Below, in pieces: positions 48,248-59,229 of a DNA stretch of 64,000 nt. Both the position numbers and the translations under genes were made by a program. The DNA is taken from assembly GCA_963666345.1 (NCBI GenBank), contig OY762721.1:192001-256000 (forward strand), in the 5' to 3' direction. This DNA is from Desulfatiglandales bacterium (GTDB lineage: Bacteria; Desulfobacterota; DSM-4660; Desulfatiglandales; Desulfatiglandaceae). Positions within the stretch are counted from its first letter, which is position 1. Every line of letters begins with the position of its first letter. Below the pieces are notes generated by a model, which had not been told where the DNA came from, searched no databases, and saw nothing but the letters and a program-made list of their open reading frames with translations.

Positions 48248-51200
48248 TTATTCCTCTTTTTCAGGGGTCGTTCCTGTTATGCGGTAAAAAGGGGCCCAGT
48301 AAAGCCTTCTGATCCCCTTCACGCTCCTCTCGGCCGCCCTGGAGGTGGTATATACCATGGAGTAGAGAGTCGGAACGACCACCAGGGTCAGGATGGTGGC
48401 AAGGGCGAGCCCGAATATGACCGCGCTTGCCATGGAGCTCCACCACTGTGTCGACTCACTTACCCAGGAGATCTCCATATCGTGAAAGTTGTAGGAGATG
48501 CCGGTCACCATCGGAAGAAGCCCAAGTATGGTGGTAATTGCGGTGAGTATCACGGGCCTGAGTCTCGTGCACCCGGCCGCGATTATGGCCTCCTTGAAAT
48601 CAAGCCCCCTCATATGAAGCCTGTTCGTGTAATCTATTAGGACTATAGCGTTATTTACCACAACCCCGGCAAGAGAAATCACACCCACACCTGTCATTAT
48701 TATCCCGAAGGGCTGTTCCATAAAAGAAAGCCCGAGGAAGACACCTCCAAGAGACAGTATGACCGACGTCATAATAATGAGAGGCTGGGTTACGGAATTA
48801 AACTGGGTTACAAGCACAAGCACTATCAGGAACAGGGCCGCGCCGAAGGCCTTGGTGAGAAAGGCCTGTGATTCTTCCTGAAACTCGAACTCGCCCGTAA
48901 AACGCATCCTGTATCCGGGGGGATGCGGATATTGTGCGAGAAGCTTCTCCGCCTGGGCACGGGCCACAGGCCCGGGGATATGCTTCTCATCAACGCTTGC
49001 CTCCACCGTTACCACCCTTTCATGGTTTATCCGGTTTACCTCTCCCAGCCCGCCCGTCACCTCAAACCTTGCCACGGTGGTAAGCGGAACAAGCCCTTCA
49101 TTGGTAGGTATGAGAAGTTCCCTAAGTATATCCGTAACCTTTCTGTCCGATTCGGGAAGCTGGACCGTTATGTCGTATTCCTCATCCGCCTCCCTGTATG
49201 TGGACACCTGTATCCCGTTAAATGCCACCTTGAGCGCGAATCCTATCATATCGGTTGAAAGTCCCAGAAGTGCCGCCCGCCTGCGGTCCACGCGCACCTT
49301 TACGGTCGGTGCGCCTGCCACGTAATCGTCCCGTATGTCCCTGACAAAGGGGATCTTCTCGAGGATCTTTTTTACATCCTTTGAGATCCTGCCGAGGATG
49401 TTGAAATTTTCCCCCGAGATCTCGATATTGATGGGTGCGCCCGTTGGGGGGCCTTCCTCCTGCTCGGAGATGCTTATTTCGGCTCCCGGGATACTCCTGA
49501 TCCTTTTCCTTATCTCATCCACGCTCTCGGGAGACGGTTTCACCCTGTCTTTCATGTCATGGAACTGTATTCCGACATGATTCGGCGAATTGCTTTCGAA
49601 TGCGGACTGCCCGCCTATCACTGCTACAGTCTTTGCATAAACATATTTTATATCGGCCATATCGGTCGGACCTTCATACCTCTGTCCGTGCGCCAGGGTG
49701 TGTACCCTGGCCTCGTCATTTTTTGAAAAACACTCGACAGGATCGGCATCCGGATTATCAAGGCCGTACTCAGGCCCTCCTTTGCAGATCGCAAGCTCCA
49801 CCTGTCTTGCCAGTCTGTCCGAATATTCCAGGTCGGCTCCTTCCGGCATATCCAGATTCACATAAACGGCATTAGGCTCGATACTGGGGAAAAACTCTAT
49901 CGGCTTTTCAAGGCCTATCTCGTAAAGCCACACCATTGCCATGGCAACCAGGATAAGGAAGGATATCAGGATAACCGCAAGACGGTTGTTGAGCGCGCTT
50001 CTGAGCAAACTGCGGTACCCCTTTAAGATGGGACCCTTCACGGCAATAGGCGCTTCACCCGCAAGTTCCATCTCCTCGGCGCTTGCATGTTTTCTGGAAG
50101 GCCTTGAGCTGGGCAGCCGCATGAATATGGCCGCAAGCGCAGGGTTTATCACAAGCGCCACAAAAAGGGACGAGGAAAGCGTGATAATGACAGTCAGCGG
50201 CAGATAGCGCATGAACTCGCCCATGATACCGGGCCAGAAAAGGAGCGGGAAAAAGGCAGCCACGGTTGTAAGAGTTGAAGCCGCAACCGGCTGGGCCACC
50301 TCTCCGGTCGCCTTCATGGCTGCACGAAGCCGCGGCACGCCCTGCTCCATATAACGGAATATGTTTTCGATTATTACTATGGCATTATCGACAAGCATTC
50401 CCAGAGAAAGGGTAAGGGAAAAAAGCACAACCATGTTGAGGGTTATTCCTAATCCGTGCAGGATCATAAAGGAGATAAACATGGAAAACGGGATCGCCAG
50501 ACTCACCAGTACCGCGTTTCTTACCCCCATGACAAAAAAAAGGACGATTATAACCAGCAGGAGTCCCGTTATGATATTGTTTTCCAGGTCCGCCACCATC
50601 ATCCTTATGTCCTTGGCCCGATCCATAAGTTTGGTGATCCTGGTCCCGGCAGGCCACGTGACACTTCGCTCTTCGATTAAACGGTCTATCTCATCGCTTA
50701 TCTTGAGGACGTTTTCCCCCGCCCTCTTCTTTACCTGGATATTTACCGCCTGAGTCCCGTTCAAACGCGCCCGTCCCGCCTCGTCCTTGAACCCGTCCAC
50801 CACCCTTGCCACATCCTTCAGGTATACGGGCCGGCCCTTGTGGTTCCCCACGACCAGTCCGTATATCTCATTAGGGCTTGAAAACTCGCCCGGCACCCTC
50901 AGCTGAAAACGCCCGTCCCCCATGCGGATGCCGCCGCCCGACACATTCTGGTTCTCCTCGGCTATCACCTTCTGAAGGCTTGTTATGGGAAGCCCGTAAT
51001 AGGCAAGCTTTTCAGGAAAAGGCTCCACCCTTATCTCCCTTTCAAGCCCCCCTGTCACGTCCACTTCAAGCACGCCCGGTATGGCCTCGAAGTCTTCTTC
51101 CAGGTCATCGGCGAGCCCCTTCAATCTGACAAGGCCCACGGTACCTGAAAGCGAAAATACCACTATCGGAAGTTCAGAGACATTTATCTCGAACACCTCG

Positions 51201-51580
51201 GGATCATCTTCCAGATCGGCGGGCAGATCAGGCTTTGCCAGATCGACTTTGTCCTTGGTTTTGGTGAGGACATCATCTATGTCGGTGCCGGCGACAAACT
51301 CTATGACGATCGAACTCATGCCCTCGGTGCTCGATGATGTTATTTTCTTTACACCTTCAAGACCCTTCAGCTTCTTTTCGATCGGCACTGTTATGGACTG
51401 TTCTATATCCTCGGGCGCCACCCCCTCGTAGTTTGTCATTACGAAAATGTAAGGGATGGTTATGTCCGGATCGGACTCCCTGGGCATGGCGTTGTATGCC
51501 AAAAAACCGAATACTGCGATGACAAGCGCCATGATCACTACGCTGGTCCTTTTTTTGACTGCCGTATCAGATATTATCAT
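48248..51580 (-). CDS. RND efflux transporter permease (AcrB-like)
   Basis: GMLVDNAIVIIEN, GVVVNNAIVLID, RLRPVILTAITT. Confidence 0.95.
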   Translation of the reverse strand: MIISDTAVKKRTSVVIMALVIAVFGFLAYNAMPRESDPDITIPYIFVMTNYEGVAPEDIEQSITVPIEKKLKGLEGVKKITSSSTEGMSSIVIEFVAGTDIDDVLTKTKDKVDLAKPDLPADLEDDPEVFEINVSELPIVVFSLSGTVGLVRLKGLADDLEEDFEAIPGVLEVDVTGGLEREIRVEPFPEKLAYYGLPITSLQKVIAEENQNVSGGGIRMGDGRFQLRVPGEFSSPNEIYGLVVGNHKGRPVYLKDVARVVDGFKDEAGRARLNGTQAVNIQVKKRAGENVLKISDEIDRLIEERSVTWPAGTRITKLMDRAKDIRMMVADLENNIITGLLLVIIVLFFVMGVRNAVLVSLAIPFSMFISFMILHGLGITLNMVVLFSLTLSLGMLVDNAIVIIENIFRYMEQGVPRLRAAMKATGEVAQPVAASTLTTVAAFFPLLFWPGIMGEFMRYLPLTVIITLSSSLFVALVINPALAAIFMRLPSSRPSRKHASAEEMELAGEAPIAVKGPILKGYRSLLRSALNNRLAVILISFLILVAMAMVWLYEIGLEKPIEFFPSIEPNAVYVNLDMPEGADLEYSDRLARQVELAICKGGPEYGLDNPDADPVECFSKNDEARVHTLAHGQRYEGPTDMADIKYVYAKTVAVIGGQSAFESNSPNHVGIQFHDMKDRVKPSPESVDEIRKRIRSIPGAEISISEQEEGPPTGAPINIEISGENFNILGRISKDVKKILEKIPFVRDIRDDYVAGAPTVKVRVDRRRAALLGLSTDMIGFALKVAFNGIQVSTYREADEEYDITVQLPESDRKVTDILRELLIPTNEGLVPLTTVARFEVTGGLGEVNRINHERVVTVEASVDEKHIPGPVARAQAEKLLAQYPHPPGYRMRFTGEFEFQEESQAFLTKAFGAALFLIVLVLVTQFNSVTQPLIIMTSVILSLGGVFLGLSFMEQPFGIIMTGVGVISLAGVVVNNAIVLIDYTNRLHMRGLDFKEAIIAAGCTRLRPVILTAITTILGLLPMVTGISYNFHDMEISWVSESTQWWSSMASAVIFGLALATILTLVVVPTLYSMVYTTSRAAERSVKGIRRLYWAPFYRITGTTPEKEE

Positions 51581-52722
51581 GACTCAAAGATCTCTTTCGG
51601 ATCCGTAATATTCTTCATCACCTCCACCGGCTGTCCGTCATCGACCATCCGGTGGCCTACCGCGATAACCCGCTCCCCAGGCTCAAGCCCTGACTCTATC
51701 ATGACCTGCCACCCGAAAAGCACGCCTATCTTGACCAATCTCTTTTTCGCCACCCCCTCCTCTTCGATAAAGACGAACTGCTCCTCATCATGAGTTATCA
51801 CGGCATAGAGAGGCACGCTCAGCGCCTTTTCATAAACCGACTTTATCAGAAATACCCTTGCGAACATTCCGGGCAGTATCCTGCCTTCCGGATTTGCTAC
51901 CTCAAGCTCAAGGTCATAGAGCCTTGAAAGACTTCGCGGCTGGCTTGAAAGGAACACCTTTTTACCTGTAACCCTCTTTCTGTCGAGCGCGTCTATTATC
52001 ACCTCCGCCTGATTCAGATCCAACACGGCGGCCACATCGCTTTCAGGCACCCCTGCCGTCACCTTGACTTTGTCAAACATTAGTATATGCGCCACCTCCT
52101 GGCCTTTATCCAGAAAGTCGCCCAGCTTGGCGGGGATCTCATTTACCCTGCCGCTTATAGGAGAGGTAATCCTGGTTCTTTCAAGCGCAAGCTGTGCCTC
52201 TTTTCTCTGCGCGACAAGATCCTTGAGTCTCGCCTCTACCTCATCCAGTCTGCTGGCTGATGTTATTTTCTGACTTGTAAGTTTTTCCATACGCTTATAT
52301 TCAAGCCTGGCCAGGTCGTAATTGGCCTCTATCCTGTTAAGCCTTGCGATATAGTCCCGATCGTCGAGTCTTATGAGCACCCGTCCTTTTTTTACCCTTA
52401 TCCCCTCATCGGCCAGTATATGGGTGACCTGGCCCGGCACCTCAGCCTTTACCCACAAATCATCCCAGGGTTCAATTACGGCCGGCAACTCGATTCTGTC
52501 CTTCACCGTCTTCTCTTTAAGGGTCAGGGTGATAACCCTTACAGGCGGGATCTCCTTTTTCATGGCCGCGGCCTTCTCTTTTTCAATCCGCGCCTTTTCA
52601 TGATTAATCCGTCCTCCCATGGATACCACAAAGCCTACCACGGCAAGAACCATAAGCCACGGGACAATACCCCAGACAAACCTCAAGATCCTGGTTTTTA
52701 TCTTCTTTTCATTGTCTGCCAT
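51577..52722 (-). CDS. RND membrane fusion protein
   Basis: N-terminal TM segment, lipoyl-like halves, RITSPISG, ILPGMFA; ATGA overlap with the permease. Confidence 0.93.
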   Translation of the reverse strand: MADNEKKIKTRILRFVWGIVPWLMVLAVVGFVVSMGGRINHEKARIEKEKAAAMKKEIPPVRVITLTLKEKTVKDRIELPAVIEPWDDLWVKAEVPGQVTHILADEGIRVKKGRVLIRLDDRDYIARLNRIEANYDLARLEYKRMEKLTSQKITSASRLDEVEARLKDLVAQRKEAQLALERTRITSPISGRVNEIPAKLGDFLDKGQEVAHILMFDKVKVTAGVPESDVAAVLDLNQAEVIIDALDRKRVTGKKVFLSSQPRSLSRLYDLELEVANPEGRILPGMFARVFLIKSVYEKALSVPLYAVITHDEEQFVFIEEEGVAKKRLVKIGVLFGWQVMIESGLEPGERVIAVGHRMVDDGQPVEVMKNITDPKEIFES

Positions 52723-53053
52723 CTATTTTGACTCCTGAAAAAGGGCACCTAACATCTTAATACGGAAAACAGGGGATGGTTACGGATGAGTAGACCTGAG
52801 AAATACCAGATTTCCTAAAAGATGTAAAACACAAAAAAAACAACCGTTTAACATCATTTGGAAAAGGCATTTCAATGAAAATCCCCTGGGCCCCAGGCTG
52901 CATAATATCTGTTCCGTTAGGGATCCCAATAATATAGGTTCGATTGTTTCCTTCTTGTATATAGGAACAGACATGTGTCGGGTCACAGGAAGGTGGGATT
53001 TTTCTGTTTATAACGGCTAAACCAGCGTCCGCTGAAGGCGTTTTTCACGGTCT

Positions 53054-53840
53054 CTATTTTTTGATACCTATTATGAATTCCCCTTCCGTAACCCCTTTTT
53101 TGATCGGATGCTGATCCTGCCTGGAGGCATTTGGAACCGTCTTGGAAAGATACCCGAATATCTCCTCAACGGTTATGAGGCCGTCTTTATCATAATCCGC
53201 CCTGCCCCTGAGCCCTTCTATGAGGTAATATGTAAAAACGCCATGTTTCAGTTTGTCATCCTCTTTACTGACCTCATTAGCCGAACAGGAGGCTATGCTG
53301 ACGCGCGCCTTTCCTCTGGTGATCCTCTCATAGAAACTGTCTGAAAGACTTGCTCGGGTCTTGCTGGAAAGGATTGTCCTTCCCCCACTCGCCCCGCTGT
53401 AACAGGTATCCGCTATAAATATGAGACGCTCGACACGGATGCGCTGAAAGATCTTTTTGATCTCATCCATGGATATCACTGTTGTGTAAAGGTCATTCAG
53501 GTCCGCCTCATGGGCAAGAGGGTATTTCTCGAATCCATCACCGTCCATATTTGTGGGATCCGTTTCCACCTCGCCGTGACCGGCAAAAAATATAAAGACC
53601 GCATCCTCTGCGGCTGTCTTTCGCTTTATCCGGGTGCCGAGAAGGCTTTGAATGCTGTCTTTGGTCTCTTCATGATCAGACAGAAAAAAATATCCTTACC
53701 CGATAAGGCCAGATTGTATTTAAGATATCCCCTGAATTCATTTGCGTCATTGAGGGCGTATTTGAGATCCCGCGCATTTCTGTAATCATTTATTCCGATG
53801 ACCGCGGCGATTATCTTTCCCCTCTGGATCGTGCGGTTAA
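53054..53840 (-). pseudogene. Caspase-family (peptidase C14) gene, frameshifted and 5'-truncated
   Basis: RGKIIAAVIGINDY..L.YALNDA in one frame; FAGHG, DTCYSG and HGVFTYYL in another; shift at the A7 run 53684-53690; no own start. Confidence 0.8.
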
Positions 53841-54448
53841 TTCACTTGCTATTTGCTTAGGATATGTTTTCCCTGCTTCTAGAATTGATTTGTCGGTTTT
53901 TGGGGAAAAAGACTGCTTTTCTAATTCTTTCAGCAATTCACCTATACGAATTTCCATTTGTTCCATGGGACCCTTTGCTAGATAGTTCCCATCTAGAAAT
54001 GATCCATTTCTGGATGTTGCCTTCAGCTGTCAGCTATCAGCAAGTAGCCAATAAATTGATATCTCAAGTGTTTTACTGACTGCTGAGAGCTGATTGCTGA
54101 TAGCGTGAGTCCATATATCTTGATTTATGGATGAGCGCCAGATAGTGATCAGCGCCTGTTTCTTCTATTTCATCACGTTGCTCAATAATAATGCCTGAGA
54201 CAGCAACAATTGGAAAAGGATCGTTTGGAAATTTATCTCGGATAAATTCCATCACTTTCCGACCATCTATTTTGGGCATAATTAAATCTACAAAAAGAAT
54301 ATCGACAGGATCTATCGCATCCAGTTTAGGTATGCATTCCTTGCCATCATAGGCTTTAAGGACATCATTATGTCTCTTTTCAAGTATCTCAGAAAGAAAT
54401 TCCACAAAGAAAAAAATCGTTGCCTACAACCAAGGCTCTCTTAACCAT
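53811..54448 (-). pseudogene. Response regulator pseudogene (frameshift plus inserted element)
   Basis: MVKRALVVGNDF then a +1 shift in the A7 run near 54410-54416 into FVEFLSEIL...DLIMPKIDG...GADHYL; continues YLAKGPMEQM beyond the insert. Confidence 0.78.
53985..54138. mobile_element. 154-bp miniature inverted-repeat element with 6-bp flanking direct repeat
   Basis: Ends GTTCCCATCTAGAAAT / ATTTATGGATGAGCGC, flanks TAGATA / CAGATA, internal inverted 7-mer arrays. Confidence 0.72.
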
Positions 54449-54462
54449 TTCCCGCCCATTTA

Positions 54463-55467
54463 CTAAAAAGTGAACTTTTTCTCTCTGAATAACTTCAAAC
54501 AGGCATCCGCTACATCAGGATCATAAAAAACCCCCTTATTCTTTGAAATCTCATCCAAGGCCTTGTCAATCCCTATGGCCGCTCTGTAAGGTCGATGAAA
54601 GGCCATGGCCTCTATAACATCGGCTACGGCTATAATCCTTGCTTCAAGTATGATGTCATTTTCTGAAAGGCCCTGAGGATAGCCTGACCCGTTCATTCTC
54701 TCATGATGCTGGTGCACGGCGTCAGCGATTGGCCAGGGGAATTCAATCTCTTTTAGGATATCGTAACCGACCTGGGGATGAATTTTTATAAGGCCGAATT
54801 CAATATCGGTGAGACGGGTGGGCTTGCTGAGTATCTCCGCTGGAACCGATATCTTGCCCAGATCATGGATTAGACCGGCAAAACGAATTCCCTGTATCCG
54901 ATCTCCTGAAAGCCCCATCTCCTCTGCAATTGCTCCGGAAAGGACACCCACCCGCTCCTGATGGCCGGATGTATAGGGATCCCTTGACTCTACTGTCAGG
55001 CTCATTGCCCTAATAATCCCTTCCATGGCCTTTCTCAAACTGGCAGTACGCTCTTCCACCAACACTTCCAGGTCCCGGCTGTAACTCCTGGTGACCACTT
55101 CAAGATCCCGACGCTTCAGGGCATTATGGATATTGATAACCACCTCATTAACATCAAGAGGCTTGATGAGGTAACCATAGACGCCGGCGCTTATAGCCCC
55201 GTCTGCAACCTTGGGATCATCCACACCCGTAACCATAATGACCGCCGTATTCTCATACTTCGACTCGATATATCGTGCCAGTTCAATGCCGGACTCCCCG
55301 GGCATGTTTACATCGCAAAGGACCAAATCAATGCTTTGCCTTGCAAGATATTTTCGGGCTTCTGCGGCATCTGCGGAAAGGCTACAAGCGAATCCGTTCC
55401 TTTCAAGGATCCGGTTCAGCATTCGCCGGATCTGTTCTTCATCGTCCACTATCAGAATATGGGCCAT
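54463..55467 (-). CDS. REC-HD-GYP response regulator (c-di-GMP phosphodiesterase)
   Basis: IVDDE, DVNMPG, RDPYTSGH, HDLGK, HHERMNGSGYP, HRPYR. Confidence 0.93.
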   Translation of the reverse strand: MAHILIVDDEEQIRRMLNRILERNGFACSLSADAAEARKYLARQSIDLVLCDVNMPGESGIELARYIESKYENTAVIMVTGVDDPKVADGAISAGVYGYLIKPLDVNEVVINIHNALKRRDLEVVTRSYSRDLEVLVEERTASLRKAMEGIIRAMSLTVESRDPYTSGHQERVGVLSGAIAEEMGLSGDRIQGIRFAGLIHDLGKISVPAEILSKPTRLTDIEFGLIKIHPQVGYDILKEIEFPWPIADAVHQHHERMNGSGYPQGLSENDIILEARIIAVADVIEAMAFHRPYRAAIGIDKALDEISKNKGVFYDPDVADACLKLFREKKFTF

Positions 55468-55542
55468 TTCCGAGTTTCCTCTTTCCGATATACATACTCA
55501 ATTGCCGATCCAGCGGTTGCGGACAGGTCTTTCACCTTCAGC

Positions 55543-58500
55543 CTATCTGTTGAGTGCCTCACTCACCTTGCGGCACAAAGAATCAGGCGTGAAGGGCTTG
55601 TTAACGAGATCTATAGGCGATTTGAGGATTTCGTTATGGGAAAGGGAACCATCCGGGTAGCCTGACATGTAAAGCACCTTGGTCTGCGGACGAAGTGAGG
55701 CCATTCTTTCCGCCAGTTCCTTACCCCCCATGCCCGGCATCACTACATCGGTAAGCAGTAGATGGATCTCCCCTTCGAATCCCTCACTCACCTGGAGTGC
55801 CTCTTCACCGGCTCCGGCCTCAAGGACTTGGTATCCCGCCCTTTGAAGGGACCTGACGGCCAACCTCCGAAGGGATACTTCGTCTTCCACCACCAGCACA
55901 ACTTCGCCGCCGGCTGCTGCCTTCTCAGATGCCTTTTTTTTCTTCACCTTCGCCTGAACGCCCTTTGCCCTGGGAAGATAGACCTTCATCGCCGTCCCCA
56001 TCCCTGGTTCGCTGTATGCCCAGATATATCCTCCGCTCTGCTTCACTATTCCATATACCGTGGAAAGCCCCAGCCCTGTTCCTGTACCCCTTTCCTTAGT
56101 TGTAAAAAACGGCTCGAATATCCTGGCCTTGGTTTCCTCATCCATACCGAGTCCCGTGTCCGTTACCGACAGCATCACGTAAGGCCCCCTAGATCCCTCT
56201 ATCCCGTGGTATTGAACATATCTCCCGTCAAGCTCCACATTGGCAGTCTCAATTGTCAGCTTTCCACCATCTAGCATGACGTCCCTGGCATTTACCACTA
56301 GGTTCATGATCACCTGTTCCATCTGCCCTGGGTCCGCCTCCACCTCCCACAGGTCCGACGCCAAGGTGGTCCGCATATCGATATTCTCTCTGATCAAACG
56401 CCTTAAGAGCTTATCCAGATCCAGAATGAGTTTATTGAGGTCCAGGATCTCGATATGGCGCGTTTCCCTGCGGCTGAATGCCAGGAGCTGCCGGGTCAGA
56501 CGCGCACCCCTCTGCCCGGCCTTCTCAATCTCTTCAACATCCTCCCTAGTGGGATCGTCCTTGGGCAGAGTATCCAAGGCGAACTGGGCGTTCCCGATAA
56601 TCGCTGTGAGCAGGTTATTAAAGTCATGGGCCACCCCGCCCGCCAGTATTCCTATGGCCTCTATCCTCTGTGCATGATGGAACTGGGCCTCCAGTTGCTT
56701 TTTTATCTTTTGCTCCTTTACCGCCTTTAATCTCGAATCAAGAACAGGTGCTATGTTATCAGCAATATCTTCCAAAAGTTTTATGTCTCTTTTATCATAA
56801 TCCGTCTCTTTGTTACCGACAACCAAATTGCCGATTAATACCCCTTTATAGATGATAGGAACATCCAGAGCGCGGGTGATCTGGATATGCCCCTCAGGAA
56901 TGGTTAAGGTGTTATTGGAACAGATTGTTTTTTTCTCGGCCATGGCCCGGCCCCAGATGCCGCCCCATTTCTCCTGCGGAAACACAATATCCTTTTCTTT
57001 AATCTGGCACCTGTCCCAGACATCTCTGGTCATGGAGGGACAGACCAATTCGCTATTCTCGTTTATATAACCGAAGATTCCATATCGGCTATGCATGGTC
57101 TCCAAAATGACATTGAGGACCTCTCCATACATCTCCTTATCGGGAATGGTGAGGAAGATTTGGTTGATTCGGTTCCGGATGGACAATTCGAGTTCTGACC
57201 ACCTCAGCGCCTGTTCCGCTATCTTCCGCCCGGTGATGTCTTCAACTATACCCCTGAAATGAGTGATGTGTCCGTCATCATCCCGGACCATAAAAGTCCA
57301 GTCATCGACGATTTTTTCAGAACCGTCCCTTGCAATGATGCGATACGGTTCGTGGACAAAATCGAGCGTTTCCGCCTTGCCGCTAAATGCCTCTACCTCT
57401 GCATTCACTCTTTCAAGGTCTTCAGGATGGATACGCTCTTTATAGGTCAGTTTCCCCTTAATGAATTCTTCAGCCGTATACCCAAAGAGCTTCGCGACAT
57501 TTTCAGAAACAAACTCAACCGGCCATCCTTCCTCATTCTTCCAGGTAAAGGCCACGGATGAGCTTTTGTTGATGGTATCATAGGCCTCCCTTAATGCCTT
57601 CTCCGCCTCCTTGCGCTCGGTGATATCATCGTACACGGCCACGACCTCTCCTGAAGGCAATTTGTAAATATGATTTTCGCGCCAGCCCTTGATCCGGTTG
57701 TCGTGATAGAAAGTTATTGGAAACTCTTCAGGCACGCCAGTCTTCCACACCCTTTGAAAAACATTTAGCAGGCCGAAATCCCTGACACCGGGAAACACCT
57801 CGGAGACCCGCCGCCCGATCACATCCTCCCGGCGAATTTTTTCCATCCTTTCTCCCGCCGTGTTGAAGTCCCTGAATATGAAATCTCTGCCACCGTCCAC
57901 AGCCTCGTACACAGCCACGGCGCTGTTTATATTGTTAAACAACTCTTTGAATCGAATTTCGTTTATCTTGATCTTTTTATGCGATTGCTTCAGCTCAGTG
58001 ATATCTCTGCCAATACCCAGTATATCCAATTCGTTTCCATCCTGCATCCGGAGCGTTGCCGTAAATTGAGCTACAATATGCCCGCCTGATTTGGAAAGAA
58101 TGCGCAATTCAAAGATCGGCGGCGTTTTACCCTGCAAGACACCCTGAAATGCCTGCATCGCCAGATGCAAGTCCTCGGGATGGATGATGTCCGTAAAGGC
58201 TCTACCAAGCCACTTAGCCCTCGACCAGCCGGTGACCGTTTCGAATGCCTTGTTAAGTGATGAGAAGGTCCCATCTGTTGCAAGAATAAAGACAACATCC
58301 GGGCTGCTTTCAAACAGGGCACGATAGAGTTCTTCCGACTTATGCAGTGTCTCTTCGGCCAATCTGCGTTCGGTGATATCCTGCACTGTGCCCATCATTA
58401 AGGCCGGCATTCCGTCATCATCATAGATGCTTTGGGTTCTTTCATGCAAATATTTGACCGTCCCGTCCTTGAGCAATACACGATATTCGATATCGGATTT

Positions 58501-59229
58501 GCTCTTTTTCGCCAGTGACTCCCTGTGGGACGTTGCAACATAATCCCTGTCGTCCGGATGCACAGCCTCCAGAAACGCCTCGTAAGAGGGATCAAAACCA
58601 TGCGGCTTTAATCCCAAAATACGGTACAGTTCATCAGACCATTCCAGGGACTTGCTTTTAAGGTCGAGTTCCCAGTGACCCAGATAGGCCAGTTCCTGGG
58701 CCTCTTTAAGCCTCTTTTCCGATTTAATCAGCGCCTTCTTTTCAGTTAAGAGTTCTTCCACGGTTTCCGCCAGCTTGCGGGCAATGCTATTATCATACAT
58801 CTCCAGAAGCAGATCTTCACTCCTGAGAGGCTCCTCAGGAACCGGCAGGGTTCCCCGCTGGTGTTCCTTAAGCACTTCATCAAGGATCTGTATGAATCGC
58901 TCCCCCTCCGTGGGTTTTATGATAAAACGGGAGGCTCCCAGACTCATGGCCAGTCTCTCGTCGTCCTTTTCGACGAAGGTGGCAGTATAAAAGATAAAGG
59001 GAATAGCCCTCAGTTCAGCGTCTCCCTTTATTTCGCGACAGAGTCTGAAACCATTCATTACCGGCATCATTATATCGGAAATGATGACCTCGGGCTGGTC
59101 CTCACGGGCAAGCCGCAGTGCCTCCTCCCCGTTTTCAGCAGCCATAATCTTATGACCGCTTGATTCCAGCAATTGTTTCAGCAGGTAACGGCTCTCGGCA
59201 TTGTCTTCAACGATAAGAATTTTGCTCAT
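55543..59229 (-). CDS. Hybrid histidine kinase REC-PAS(x4)-GAF-HisKA-HATPase-REC
   Basis: N- and C-terminal receivers, PAS/PAC repeats (HPDD/HPED, DITER), AHDFNNLL, NARD, FFTTK, GTGLGL. Confidence 0.93.
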   Translation of the reverse strand: MSKILIVEDNAESRYLLKQLLESSGHKIMAAENGEEALRLAREDQPEVIISDIMMPVMNGFRLCREIKGDAELRAIPFIFYTATFVEKDDERLAMSLGASRFIIKPTEGERFIQILDEVLKEHQRGTLPVPEEPLRSEDLLLEMYDNSIARKLAETVEELLTEKKALIKSEKRLKEAQELAYLGHWELDLKSKSLEWSDELYRILGLKPHGFDPSYEAFLEAVHPDDRDYVATSHRESLAKKSKSDIEYRVLLKDGTVKYLHERTQSIYDDDGMPALMMGTVQDITERRLAEETLHKSEELYRALFESSPDVVFILATDGTFSSLNKAFETVTGWSRAKWLGRAFTDIIHPEDLHLAMQAFQGVLQGKTPPIFELRILSKSGGHIVAQFTATLRMQDGNELDILGIGRDITELKQSHKKIKINEIRFKELFNNINSAVAVYEAVDGGRDFIFRDFNTAGERMEKIRREDVIGRRVSEVFPGVRDFGLLNVFQRVWKTGVPEEFPITFYHDNRIKGWRENHIYKLPSGEVVAVYDDITERKEAEKALREAYDTINKSSSVAFTWKNEEGWPVEFVSENVAKLFGYTAEEFIKGKLTYKERIHPEDLERVNAEVEAFSGKAETLDFVHEPYRIIARDGSEKIVDDWTFMVRDDDGHITHFRGIVEDITGRKIAEQALRWSELELSIRNRINQIFLTIPDKEMYGEVLNVILETMHSRYGIFGYINENSELVCPSMTRDVWDRCQIKEKDIVFPQEKWGGIWGRAMAEKKTICSNNTLTIPEGHIQITRALDVPIIYKGVLIGNLVVGNKETDYDKRDIKLLEDIADNIAPVLDSRLKAVKEQKIKKQLEAQFHHAQRIEAIGILAGGVAHDFNNLLTAIIGNAQFALDTLPKDDPTREDVEEIEKAGQRGARLTRQLLAFSRRETRHIEILDLNKLILDLDKLLRRLIRENIDMRTTLASDLWEVEADPGQMEQVIMNLVVNARDVMLDGGKLTIETANVELDGRYVQYHGIEGSRGPYVMLSVTDTGLGMDEETKARIFEPFFTTKERGTGTGLGLSTVYGIVKQSGGYIWAYSEPGMGTAMKVYLPRAKGVQAKVKKKKASEKAAAGGEVVLVVEDEVSLRRLAVRSLQRAGYQVLEAGAGEEALQVSEGFEGEIHLLLTDVVMPGMGGKELAERMASLRPQTKVLYMSGYPDGSLSHNEILKSPIDLVNKPFTPDSLCRKVSEALNR

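Noticed and set aside
49308..49317. GGTGCGCCTG match to the tRNA-Arg 3' end as a second att site
   Set aside because: Only 10 bp and inside an intact RND coding sequence; compatible with chance
54073..54405. Track ORF as an intact response regulator
   Set aside because: It lacks the first beta strand (frameshifted) and its C-terminus is read from the inserted element
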